From positions 1-49,840 of IMG/VR virus record IMGVR_UViG_3300037692_000155: a stretch of DNA of 49,840 nt. One strand, 5' to 3'. Shown here one piece after another: positions 1 through 8,015 of the stretch; positions within the stretch are counted from its first letter, which is position 1; each line of letters opens with the position of its first letter. The translations under genes were made by a program, and so were the position numbers. This stretch comes from a virus (Duplodnaviria > Caudoviricetes). The notes beneath the pieces were generated by a model that saw only the letters and a program-made list of their open reading frames with translations, made no database searches and was not told where the DNA came from.

Positions 1-37
1 TAGAGCGGTTTCTGGCTTCGTCGGTTGCTTGTCCCAT
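1..37 (-). CDS. 5' part of a hypothetical protein that continues across the window ends into 49544-49840
   Basis: ATG at 37 preceded by GAGG. MGQATDEARNRS joins the 49840->49544 frame if the terminal TAGA (1-4 = 49837-49840) is treated as an overlap. Confidence 0.55.
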   Translation of the reverse strand, partial: MGQATDEARNRS

Positions 38-38
38 T

Positions 39-245
39 TTAGCGATTCCTCTGGTCAATCATCATCTTGTTCAAAGTATCGGCTATTCGCGCTTGATTGA
101 CAAGGAAAGCCTCAAGAAGGGATATACCCATAAAGAAAAGCTCGGCTTCACGCTGGCTCTTCGACCCTTTCAGATGTTCATCCGAATCTTCTTTCAGCTT
201 GGCGCGGATACTTTCGCAAAGAGCGGCCACCTGTTCCTGTTTCAT
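39..245 (-). CDS. hypothetical protein, 68 aa
   Basis: ORF track; AAGGGA upstream of ATG; co-oriented with neighbours. Confidence 0.6.
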   Translation of the reverse strand: MKQEQVAALCESIRAKLKEDSDEHLKGSKSQREAELFFMGISLLEAFLVNQARIADTLNKMMIDQRNR

Positions 246-377
246 TTGATATTCCCTTTCTTGGTTTTTGACATCGGGCGGCGGTGATTGTACCCGCCTT
301 TACTGCCGCTCGGTTACGGCTACCCGCGTCAAGCTTCCCATAGGGACTCCCTTGAAAGAGCCCCACTGGAAACCCTT

Positions 378-605
378 TTAAAAAGTCGTCGGTTGCGCGA
401 TTGCCCGGACAACGGCCATAAAGCCGGTTTGCAGATCAGTACGCCCAATGGCCAGCCACCGGTGGTCTATGGTCGTCATCCGGTTAATTTTCTCGACCAA
501 AACCCCGACCTGCTCAGAGAGCCCTTTCACTTCGTTCATGAGCGCGATTTCGTCTTCTGAAAGATCGCGGTATCCTTTAATTTTTGTATGCTGGTTATCG
601 ACCAT
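378..605 (-). CDS. acb2: anti-CBASS cyclic-oligonucleotide sponge protein, Acb2 family
   Basis: [24 protein letters not shown]...[27 protein letters not shown] matches the N- and C-terminal signatures of Acb2 as I recall them. Start moved to ATG 605 (GAGGA RBS). Confidence 0.85.
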   Translation of the reverse strand: MVDNQHTKIKGYRDLSEDEIALMNEVKGLSEQVGVLVEKINRMTTIDHRWLAIGRTDLQTGFMAVVRAIAQPTTF

Positions 606-685
606 TTTCTTATCCTCTCTTCGGTTTAAACAAATGTCCACGAGCACCGTGGCACGTCCCGGTGAAACGGCGCTCGCGGATTCCT

Positions 686-1480
686 TTACTGAGCTCCGCG
701 CTTATTATCCAGCGACAAGCTCATAAACGGGATGGCCCCGCCCATCATATAGACCGGCAATATGCCGTTCCACTTTTGAACGGCCTCGTATTCGACCAGC
801 CCCTTGTTCTGTGAGAGCGCCTGACTGCGAATCTGCATGGATTCGGCTTCGGCCTTGGCCGCAATGACTTTTTGGTCGGCTTCCTCGCGGACTTGTACCG
901 TCTTGTTTTTAGCTTCGGCAGCGCGTTGGATCGCCGTCACCTTGGCCTCGACCGCCTGTTCGAATTCATCGGAGAAGTCGAGATTGGCGAATTCGAAGTT
1001 TATGGTATCGACTCCCCGGGATTCCAGTTCGTCCTTGATCTGTGCAACGACCGCCTGCTTTGCCTTTTCCCGGTTGGAAATAAGGTCCACGGCTTCAAAC
1101 TGCCCCAGCACTTCCTTGATGTTGGCTTGGACAACCGGCGTCACGATTTTAACGGCCCAATCGTGGCCAATGCCCTGAAAGACAGGAACGACGAACTCCG
1201 GTTTCAGACTGTAATTGAGGATATATGTGAGCGTGGTTTGCTGGACATCCTTCGTATAGGCCATCGACTGGCCCTCCATGATCTGGACGCGGGTGTCGAG
1301 TTGCACAATGTCGTAAATGAACGGGTTGTAAAAATAAATGCCTTCAGTCAGCGGGCCATCAACGACCTTGCCGAACGATGTTTTAACCCCCCGGTGGCCG
1401 GTATCGACTTGGGTAATGCCAGAGCAGGAACCTAATAGAACTATCAGGGCCAAAACCCCGGCAATAATCGCGTACTTCAT
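686..1480 (-). CDS. SPFH/band 7/prohibitin family membrane protein
   Basis: N-terminal hydrophobic helix; [10 protein letters not shown] motif; [12 protein letters not shown]; coiled coil AEAE; QKWNG.LP tail. Confidence 0.9.
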   Translation of the reverse strand: MKYAIIAGVLALIVLLGSCSGITQVDTGHRGVKTSFGKVVDGPLTEGIYFYNPFIYDIVQLDTRVQIMEGQSMAYTKDVQQTTLTYILNYSLKPEFVVPVFQGIGHDWAVKIVTPVVQANIKEVLGQFEAVDLISNREKAKQAVVAQIKDELESRGVDTINFEFANLDFSDEFEQAVEAKVTAIQRAAEAKNKTVQVREEADQKVIAAKAEAESMQIRSQALSQNKGLVEYEAVQKWNGILPVYMMGGAIPFMSLSLDNKRGAQ

Positions 1481-1494
1481 TTTCGTTTTTCCTT

Positions 1495-1707
1495 TCAGGA
1501 GTTTGGATTTAATAATCTGCCAAGCTTCGTTCTCATACGGTCGTTCATCATCGTGAACGGCCAGAGAAGAATTAAACCGATACAGTCATCTGCCCGCTTG
1601 ATCGAGAGCTTACCCCGGAAGATGGCAAACGCCATAAACAGGAACATGCTACAAGCGACAATCAAATAGAAACTAAGAAAAGCTTTGGTTAAAAACAATA
1701 TTCGCAT
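1495..1707 (-). CDS. small membrane protein
   Basis: ORF track; two hydrophobic segments; AAGGTG upstream. Confidence 0.55.
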   Translation of the reverse strand: MRILFLTKAFLSFYLIVACSMFLFMAFAIFRGKLSIKRADDCIGLILLWPFTMMNDRMRTKLGRLLNPNS

Positions 1708-1719
1708 TTATTTTCACCT

Positions 1720-2055
1720 TTATTGCTTGGTCTGCGGAACTGCCGGGAAGTACCGCACGTTAGGTTGGCGCGGAGGCTCGACTGTTTCCAGATTGACCTT
1801 GTTAATACGAATGCTAGAGCCGCAGTTCGGCAGGGTATCAAACGTAAAAAACGGAACCGCCCGGTGATTACAGACTTCAAGGTTCTCCCCGACAATGTGA
1901 GAGCCCTCGGGGACGGTGAACGGCCTAAGATTCGTCAAATATATTGCCTTTTCGTCTTCACGGTAAATGAAGAGATAAGACTTCGCCGTCAATATCTTCC
2001 AGAGACAAAACAGCCGGTGAGTCAACCCAATTATCTTTTCGTCACTCGATCTCAT
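1720..2055 (-). CDS. hypothetical protein
   Basis: ORF track; packs tightly between neighbours. Confidence 0.5.
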   Translation of the reverse strand: MRSSDEKIIGLTHRLFCLWKILTAKSYLFIYREDEKAIYLTNLRPFTVPEGSHIVGENLEVCNHRAVPFFTFDTLPNCGSSIRINKVNLETVEPPRQPNVRYFPAVPQTKQ

Positions 2056-2230
2056 ATCCTACGTCCCTAAGCCTCGATTTACAGTGGCACACTGGCATTT
2101 TGGCCAGTATTATATTCTCACTGGTAAAGTGGCCGATATCGCCGTAGAGGCCGATGAACTTAAAGCCGAATTCCATGGCAAAAAGTTCAAGCGCCCCTAC
2201 GGTCTTTTTATCTAAAGTTTTCGAGTTCAT
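2042..2230 (-). CDS. hypothetical protein
   Basis: ORF track; overlaps the end of the TROVE gene. Confidence 0.4.
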   Translation of the reverse strand: MNSKTLDKKTVGALELFAMEFGFKFIGLYGDIGHFTSENIILAKMPVCHCKSRLRDVGYEIE

Positions 2231-3560
2231 GGATATACCGGATCACATTTTCGCTGAATCCGTCAATATGGACCCATTGGCCATACCCTACGCCGTTGCG
2301 GGCACTCGCGACATTAATCATGTACCCTTTTGCGCCGGGACGGAAGCCCCCTACCCGGTCATGCGACTGTTCGTCGGTAATCACGATAAGCCGGTCATAA
2401 TCTCCGGCGTGCTGGTTGACGTGCGTAATCGCGGCTCCGAGATTCGTACCGGAGTGCCTCTGCGACCTTATAACCGCGTCAACCCCGGCCATCCCTCTGC
2501 GCGGCGGGATTTCCACGGTGTCATACGAAAAGGTGAAGACGCGCAATCCGTCCGAGCGGATAATGCTGGCGAGCGCCGCGGCGGCTTTCATGCGCGTCAT
2601 ATCGGACTTTCCCGATAGCTTGTCTTCCATCGAGCCGGAAACGTCCACAAGCACCACGGTCCTTCCCGGCAGCGCCGGAAGCGCGTCGATGGAGTAGCCC
2701 ATGGCCCGGTCGATAGCAGGCTCCAAATGCGGAACCGCACGAGCGGCAGCCACATAGCGAAACGGCAGTACCCTTGACGCGCCTTTGCGGTTGTCGATAG
2801 CCTTCTCGATCAAAGAGCGGTCAACGCCTGCCTGTACCATGTTCCGCAAGTTGCGAAGCACGGCCATATACCCGAGTTTGTCCTGCATAATGAGCCGTTC
2901 GAAGGTGGCCTTCTTGTCCGCCCCGCCAGACAGTTCGACTTCCCAAGTGTCCGGTGACTCGATAGTGCCATCGATCAGCTTTTTCCAGATCGCGGCTTGC
3001 TCTTCGTCACGCGGCTTGGCATGGCACAGGAACAGCACGTCCCGAAGCTTCACAGGCCCGTCGCGGTTATACTTGGCGAGCTGGTAGGCATCGAACTGCA
3101 TGAACGCCTTGGCCAGTCCTTTTTTTGCCTGTGCGGAAAGTGTTTTCTTGACCGCGTTCGGATGTACGCCGTTCATCTTGGCATGGACCGCCACAAATTC
3201 GGTAAGTTCGTCCGCCCGCTTGATAACTTGCGGGAAGGTGTCCCCCACAATAGCGGACGAATTTAAGGAATTCGCGCCGGTGCGGCAAAGCACGGAAAGC
3301 AGCAACAGCGGGACGTGGCGCAAGTTGAATTGACTGCGGGCCTCTATGGCCATCGCGGCAAGCTTGGTCGCTGGAACCTGTTCCGCTGCTATTTGAATGC
3401 GCTTGGCTATCTCGATTCCACCCTCGTAGAACTGGTCTTCCCAAAGAAGACAGGCCATTACGCTACGGCGTAATTGCTGTTCGGGATTGATAAATTGAGC
3501 GGGTGCGCCTTCGTGCGTCTTCGGACGGGCGACGGCGGTATTGTGATTGAGACGTGCCAT
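2208..3560 (-). CDS. rsr: Ro60/Rsr-like TROVE-domain RNA-binding protein with C-terminal vWA domain
   Basis: THEGAPA..., LLWEDQFYE, FDAYQLAKY, LRDVLFLCHAKP, TWEVELS, MAVLRNLRN, SRVLPFRY; MIDAS DVSGSM; GTNLG; IVITDEQ; IDGFSE. Start set at ATG 3560 (GAAAGG RBS) rather than the 3638 in the track. Confidence 0.93.
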   Translation of the reverse strand: MARLNHNTAVARPKTHEGAPAQFINPEQQLRRSVMACLLWEDQFYEGGIEIAKRIQIAAEQVPATKLAAMAIEARSQFNLRHVPLLLLSVLCRTGANSLNSSAIVGDTFPQVIKRADELTEFVAVHAKMNGVHPNAVKKTLSAQAKKGLAKAFMQFDAYQLAKYNRDGPVKLRDVLFLCHAKPRDEEQAAIWKKLIDGTIESPDTWEVELSGGADKKATFERLIMQDKLGYMAVLRNLRNMVQAGVDRSLIEKAIDNRKGASRVLPFRYVAAARAVPHLEPAIDRAMGYSIDALPALPGRTVVLVDVSGSMEDKLSGKSDMTRMKAAAALASIIRSDGLRVFTFSYDTVEIPPRRGMAGVDAVIRSQRHSGTNLGAAITHVNQHAGDYDRLIVITDEQSHDRVGGFRPGAKGYMINVASARNGVGYGQWVHIDGFSENVIRYIHELENFR

Positions 3561-3593
3561 TAACTTTGTACCTTTCAGTTTCAGGTTTAAAAA

Positions 3594-3708
3594 GCCGGAG
3601 GAATAAGCGAAACGGAAAGGGGAATACCCGTACCCCAAGCCGAGGACTCGAACCCCGTGCCGCTCGATACTATGGAGAGCGAAGTATCCGTTTTCTACGC
3701 CATCCAGC
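3594..3708 (-). ncRNA. Y-RNA-like ncRNA copy D (Ro-binding stem + T-arm, no D-arm)
   Basis: Terminal stem GCUGGA/UCCGGC; UGGCGUAGA; AAACGG/CCGUUU; AUACUUC; T-arm CGGGG-UUCGAGU-CCUCG; 3' CGCUUAUUCC. Confidence 0.8.
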
Positions 3709-3715
3709 GCAATAA

Positions 3716-3854
3716 GTGGGAGGGAATAAACGACAACGGGCTTTTCTTACTTTTGCTCTAACCAACTGAGCTACCGCCCCAAGGTAGGGCGAGTCGGACT
3801 CGAACCGACGACCTAAAGTTCCTGTTGAAGTATCCGTTATCTACGCCACTCCGC
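3716..3854 (-). ncRNA. YrlA-like Y RNA copy C (circularly permuted tRNA-like domain)
   Basis: UGGCGUAGA-UAACGG-AUACUUC...ACUUU-AGGUC, T-arm GUCGG-UUCGAGU-CCGAC, loop-closed acceptor stem UCGCCC/GGGCGG, D-arm UAGCUCAGUUGGUUAGAGC, AAAGU...CCGUUG-UCGUUUAUUCC. Confidence 0.9.
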
Positions 3855-3862
3855 AATTTAAC

Positions 3863-3933
3863 TGTGCGGGAACAAGCAGATTCGGTATTGGTTTCACCCT
3901 ATGCGAAGTAACCGAAACCTACGCCACGCGACA
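3863..3933 (-). ncRNA. minimal Y-RNA-like ncRNA copy B (Ro-binding module only)
   Basis: UGGCGUAG-GUUUCGG-UUACUUC, 19-nt insert, CCGAAUC-UGCUUGUUCC; no tRNA arms. Confidence 0.75.
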
Positions 3934-3944
3934 AATCTTTAAAA

Positions 3945-4081
3945 AACGAGGGGACAGACGAAAACAGCTAGTTTAGCGCTCTACCATTAAGCTACCCCTA
4001 GACTCTATCGCCCAGTGGGCGGGATTCGAACCCGCGTCTCTCGATTTCCAGTCGAAGTAACTGTCTTCTACGCCACTCGTT
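3945..4081 (-). ncRNA. YrlA-like Y RNA copy A (permuted tRNA-like domain with anticodon-like hairpin)
   Basis: Terminal stem AACGAG/CUCGUU; UGGCGUAGA-AGACAG-UUACUUC; T-arm GCGGG-UUCGAAU-CCCGC; loop-closed acceptor-like stem; D-arm UAGCUUAAUGGUAGAGC; 3' CUGUUUU-CGUCUGUCC. Confidence 0.88.
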
Positions 4082-4139
4082 AATTTCTCATTTTACTCTT
4101 TAGTTTTTTAACTTACCTCGGATGGTAATTGCTAGGCTC

Positions 4140-4168
4140 TTTATCCCACATCTTGTAGGGAATGTCAA
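4140..4168 (-). promoter_or_regulatory. sigma70-type promoter for the Y RNA-rsr unit
   Basis: TTGACA-17 nt-GATAAA on the minus strand, ~60 nt upstream of the first Y RNA. Confidence 0.65.
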
Positions 4169-4440
4169 GCCCCTTTTTTCAAATCTTTAACTATCACCCG
4201 TAAAAGGTCCGGGTGGTACTTTTCCAGCGACTTCCCTTTCAGGGCTTTGGCCAGTTTGTTGCGGGTCCAGTTTGAAAGGGACTCCAGAAAATGAAACCTC
4301 TCCTCGAATAAGGGGTCGCCTTTACGCTCAATGGCTCGTTCTATCGCCCGAAAGAGCGAGTTTTGCCGGTTCACGGTTTCCCGCTTTTTCCGGTTTTTGT
4401 CTTGGACTTTACGGAGAATAGTCTTCTTATATTTTGACAT
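4165..4440 (-). CDS. basic hypothetical protein
   Basis: ORF track; GGAGG RBS; TAATG coupling with the upstream gene. Confidence 0.65.
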   Translation of the reverse strand: MSKYKKTILRKVQDKNRKKRETVNRQNSLFRAIERAIERKGDPLFEERFHFLESLSNWTRNKLAKALKGKSLEKYHPDLLRVIVKDLKKGA

Positions 4441-4757
4441 TAAATACCTCCCGCCTCTTCTAGGAACCTTCTGGTTATGGCCCCCGCCGAGCGGGCGGAC
4501 ATATTAAGGAAATGATGGACAAGAGCATCATGGACCCCCTTTTTATTAGTCGGCGATGTCACCATAATCACTCCGGAAAACATAGCCCCTACATTGTCTA
4601 TTGTTGCCGTGGCTATTTCCAATGCGCGGACTGACGCATCTTCATCCGGGTATAATTCGGGGTCGTCGCATATCTGAATCATAAGATCGGAAATGCGATC
4701 CGCGATTTTAGCCATTCGGCGGTGGTTAAGTTCGATTGTTTTTTCCTGTTGTCCCAT
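4440..4757 (-). CDS. hypothetical protein
   Basis: ORF track 4440..4919, start trimmed to MGQQEK after AAGGTG. Confidence 0.6.
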   Translation of the reverse strand: MGQQEKTIELNHRRMAKIADRISDLMIQICDDPELYPDEDASVRALEIATATIDNVGAMFSGVIMVTSPTNKKGVHDALVHHFLNMSARSAGAITRRFLEEAGGI

Positions 4758-4768
4758 AGCTTCACCTT

Positions 4769-5038
4769 TCAAGTGTATTTCACTAAGAATTCGTTGATCT
4801 TGGCCGTCACATATTGCAGGTCTTCCAGCCTTTGATACGTGCCCGCCTCGCTGTTTTCGACAACGTGGCTGCGCAATATGTTCAGTTCGTCGATCTGATT
4901 TTCCCGGTTGGTAATCCACGATTTACGTTGATTCACAGCCGCTTGCAGCTTATTGAGCAAGATTTTTATTTCCAGATCGATCTGCTCCTGTGCCGCATTT
5001 CTTAATTTTAGGCCGTCCTTATTCTTCCGTATCGGCAT
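4769..5038 (-). CDS. coiled-coil hypothetical protein
   Basis: ORF track 4769..5212, start trimmed to MPIRKNK after AAGGGGG. Confidence 0.6.
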   Translation of the reverse strand: MPIRKNKDGLKLRNAAQEQIDLEIKILLNKLQAAVNQRKSWITNRENQIDELNILRSHVVENSEAGTYQRLEDLQYVTAKINEFLVKYT

Positions 5039-5522
5039 TTTCTTCCCCCTTCGCCAGTTTCTCCCAATGCGCCCGGACTTTCGGATGGACATTGGGGTTT
5101 TCCTTGTTAAGCTCAAGTTGGGACTTCGCCTCTTCGCAAAGCCAGCCCTTGTTTTCTTCCATGAATTCTGGAAGCCTTTTCTGTAAATCGTATTGCGGGT
5201 ACATACAGTCATCGAGCTTTAGCAATATGAATGGCCCCTTGATGCTTCGTATACGCCGGATAAAGTCCAGATCAGCACAACTGGCCTGAAAGCCTGAAAC
5301 CCCTTCGTGCTTCGCCACATAATGAAACGCGGCGACGGCGGCGTGGCTCATGGCATAGATACACCGCCCGTAGGCGCCTCCCGTATCCTCGTGGTTTTCG
5401 TCAGCGGGCGCGTTAATGGCCGCGATGCACGACTCGATAAACTCGACAAGCTGCTCCATCGTCTCTGGCCAAGGGGTTTCCGCTTTTCCCATTTCGGCTT
5501 CTGTCTTTGCTTCGATTTTCAT
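5019..5522 (-). CDS. hypothetical protein
   Basis: ORF track; AAAGGT RBS. Confidence 0.7.
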   Translation of the reverse strand: MKIEAKTEAEMGKAETPWPETMEQLVEFIESCIAAINAPADENHEDTGGAYGRCIYAMSHAAVAAFHYVAKHEGVSGFQASCADLDFIRRIRSIKGPFILLKLDDCMYPQYDLQKRLPEFMEENKGWLCEEAKSQLELNKENPNVHPKVRAHWEKLAKGEENADTEE

Positions 5523-5526
5523 AGAC

Positions 5527-6042
5527 TTACCTTTCTGTTTGAGTGTTCTCCATTATTGTCACTATCCGGGTTTCGATTTCAGTGACATTAATCGGCTTTA
5601 GGCCTGTCTGCTCGATGGACACACATACATAGCGCGGGTCCGGTAAACTTCGGGAGTGGGTATGGCCATGTATATTTGCGATATACCGGCCAAACTGCGA
5701 CGGGTGCACCGGATAGTGCGTCAATATACAGCCCATTAGCTCGGCGCTGGCCTTCACGTCTTTGAAATACTTCAAATATTCGCGAGCTGGCTTGTGCTCA
5801 TGGTTCCCCATGATTAGCAGGTCCAGTTTACCATTAAGGCGCTTCAACACGGGCAGTCCGACGTTAAAAGCCACGTCCCCAAGGTGCCAGACTATATCCT
5901 TCGGTTTTACCGTGCTGTTCCACCGATCTATCAGCATTTCATCGCGGGCAAATACATCCCTTTGGGAAAATATTTCCGGCTCGAACTTCATGATGTTGTG
6001 ATGCCTGAAATGCGTATCGGCGACGATGAAATGCTCGCTCAT
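5527..6042 (-). CDS. calcineurin-like metallophosphoesterase
   Basis: DTHFRH, HLGDV, MGNHE, THYP, HGHTH motifs; start MSEHF after GGAGG. Confidence 0.9.
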   Translation of the reverse strand: MSEHFIVADTHFRHHNIMKFEPEIFSQRDVFARDEMLIDRWNSTVKPKDIVWHLGDVAFNVGLPVLKRLNGKLDLLIMGNHEHKPAREYLKYFKDVKASAELMGCILTHYPVHPSQFGRYIANIHGHTHSRSLPDPRYVCVSIEQTGLKPINVTEIETRIVTIMENTQTER

Positions 6043-6046
6043 GGCG

Positions 6047-6871
6047 TCAAACAACCTCCAACAACAGATCAAGACGTTTATCACCTATTTCCTCTAAAGC
6101 GGTCTTGGCGGCTTCGTGTGTCTTGAAGTAAATAACTCCGGCGAGTAGGACTGTTTTATGAGATCGCACCGCCCATTTGTTGCTTCCCAAATACCCAATA
6201 GTGACATCTTTATATAAAAAGTAATTGTCCCCTTTATATTTTGGCACATGCCCGTCAGCCATTTTTCGAAGCTGGGCCACAACCTTTTCGCGGTCAAGAC
6301 GCTTTAAGGCCTCTCCCTTAGTCTCGTATACATTACCCATGGATAAAAGCGTGCGGTCAGTCAAATCCCCGCCCCAGCCGAACCATTCTACCCCAGCCGC
6401 CGTAACTACACCTTCGTACTCTTCATACGCTTCACTATCCATATGCGTAACTATTGTCCAGTATTCTTCACCAATCTTGGGTTCCCAGAATCCCGGTACG
6501 TGCTTTGCTTCTGGTTGTTCGATCTGCTTACGCAGCTCTGAAAGTTCGGCTTCTAATCTATTGATTCTGTCAAGTGGTTCCATTTTGTTTTTTTCCTTAG
6601 TTTTAAGCTTATTAAGTTCGATTTCCATCATCCGGGCTTCACGCTTGCTTAACTTGCGCCAGTCGGTGACTGGAGATAAAACCCCAAGGCCCCCGCTATA
6701 AAACATGGTATCCCCGTTTACTGTGATATATCTCATATTGCGCGGGGACTTCTTCTGGCACGACATTATTCCGTATCCATATTGATAGCCCTGCGATTCC
6801 AGGTACTCACACAACAGGTCTACATACCCTTCGGCGTCTATTTGCAACTTTTTAAACGGTATTATCATCAT
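6047..6871 (-). CDS. phage hypothetical protein
   Basis: ORF track, 274 aa; its 5' end abuts the IS deletion junction. Confidence 0.65.
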   Translation of the reverse strand: MMIIPFKKLQIDAEGYVDLLCEYLESQGYQYGYGIMSCQKKSPRNMRYITVNGDTMFYSGGLGVLSPVTDWRKLSKREARMMEIELNKLKTKEKNKMEPLDRINRLEAELSELRKQIEQPEAKHVPGFWEPKIGEEYWTIVTHMDSEAYEEYEGVVTAAGVEWFGWGGDLTDRTLLSMGNVYETKGEALKRLDREKVVAQLRKMADGHVPKYKGDNYFLYKDVTIGYLGSNKWAVRSHKTVLLAGVIYFKTHEAAKTALEEIGDKRLDLLLEVV

Positions 6872-6899
6872 TCTTTTTCATCCTCTTACAAAATTCCAA

Positions 6900-7505
6900 A
6901 CTTTTATCAATAAAAACACAAACAAACCATTCCATATCAACAAAAATCATTTCATCCTTTTCAACTTTCTACACTTTTACCCATCCACCACACTCAACTA
7001 CACCAACCACAAACATTTTACTAATAACACAACCACACAACACACCAAAATCGTTATCGTCCTTGTGATTTTTCTTGCGCGGCTTACCGCCGACATAGGC
7101 TTCGTCCATTTCGACAAGCCCGGACAGCAACTTTCCATCGTCCTGCATGGCAGCGCGGATGCGGTGCATCATCGACCAGACGGTAGGGCGGCGCATTTCA
7201 AGACACCGCGCCGCTTGCATCGCAGACAGCCCTTTCTTCGCGGAAAACATGAGAGAGATCAAAAGGAACCAGCGTTGCAGATCAACATGGGTGTTGTGAA
7301 AAAGGGTGCCGACTGTGACGGTGAATGACTTCCGGCACAGACTGCATTGCCAGCGGGATTGGCGGTTCTTTTCGGCGTGACGGCTGATCTTGTCGCTTTT
7401 GCAGTAAGGGCATTCTGGTGTGTCGCACCACCGGACTTGCTCTAAATGCGATATGCAATCCTCATGGGTTGGCCAGCGGCGGTAAACTTCAACGATGCTT
7501 GTCAT
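6900..7505 (-). pseudogene. IS1595-family transposase, truncated and C->T hypermutated
   Basis: CISHLEQVRW, Zn ribbon CPYC...WQCSLCRKSFTVTVGTLF, HTH SAMQAAR..TVWSMMHRIR, VEMDEAYVGGK. Premature TAG at 6969-6971; the later DDE motifs are absent. The 3' boundary is approximate. Confidence 0.88.
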
Positions 7506-7594
7506 TTTAACCTCTTGAATTTGAATAAAATAAAAGGCCAGTTTAACGACATGGCCGGGTCGATGCTGCCAGCGCAGCTACTGCACAGCCTGCG

Positions 7595-7975
7595 CTATGC
7601 GGCATCCTCATCCATTTCAAGAACCGGCACCATGACGGCATCAACTGGCGTACACCACCATGCCTTGCCGCCGGGGTGTGTGCCGGGGTGCTGGACATTA
7701 CATTTTATGCCGTCAATTTCGGCGTAGCCTTCGGCGTCAAAGTCCGGCGCGGTGTAGCATTTTACCCAGCAATCGCCGAACGAGGCTTCTTGCCAGCCAC
7801 TGATTTTAGCATCGCTGTAACCGCGCTGAAAAGCGGCGGTGGCTTCGGCTTCCGTTTCGTAGCGCTCTAAATCAGCGCCTTCGGCGGCCCAGCCTGTGTC
7901 AACTTCATCGTTTGTGTAAAGTGCAGTAGTCATCTTAAGTTCCTTTTCTTTAAACGGTGTCGGCCAATCCGTCAC
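7595..7975 (-). CDS. acidic hypothetical protein (possible IS passenger)
   Basis: ORF track; start may be ATG 7933 (AAGGA RBS). Confidence 0.6.
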   Translation of the reverse strand: MTDWPTPFKEKELKMTTALYTNDEVDTGWAAEGADLERYETEAEATAAFQRGYSDAKISGWQEASFGDCWVKCYTAPDFDAEGYAEIDGIKCNVQHPGTHPGGKAWWCTPVDAVMVPVLEMDEDAA

Positions 7976-7986
7976 CTCATAACCCT

Positions 7987-8015
7987 AACATATTCTAATT
8001 AAACAGGGGTGTCAA
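7987..8015 (-). promoter_or_regulatory. sigma70-type promoter
   Basis: TTGACA-17 nt-TATGTT. Confidence 0.6.

Noticed and set aside
3561-3638. N-terminal extension of the TROVE ORF given in the ORF track
   Set aside because: It overlaps Y RNA copy D; ATG 3560 has a proper RBS and gives a typical N-terminus.
3716-4081. Canonical tRNA genes (clear T-loop and D-loop motifs)
   Set aside because: Arm order is permuted (T-arm before D-arm), the acceptor stem is closed by a loop, and there is no free CCA end. This fits Y-RNA tRNA mimics.
3594-4081. CRISPR array (recurring GAAGTA...CTACGCCA)
   Set aside because: Repeats are degenerate and bipartite, spacing is irregular (units of ~71-139 nt), inserts are structured, and no cas operon is present.
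6860-7052. Diversity-generating retroelement variable region or simple low-complexity repeat
   Set aside because: No reverse transcriptase or template repeat is present, changes are C->T rather than A->N, and the tract is non-repetitive and decodes to a transposase motif.
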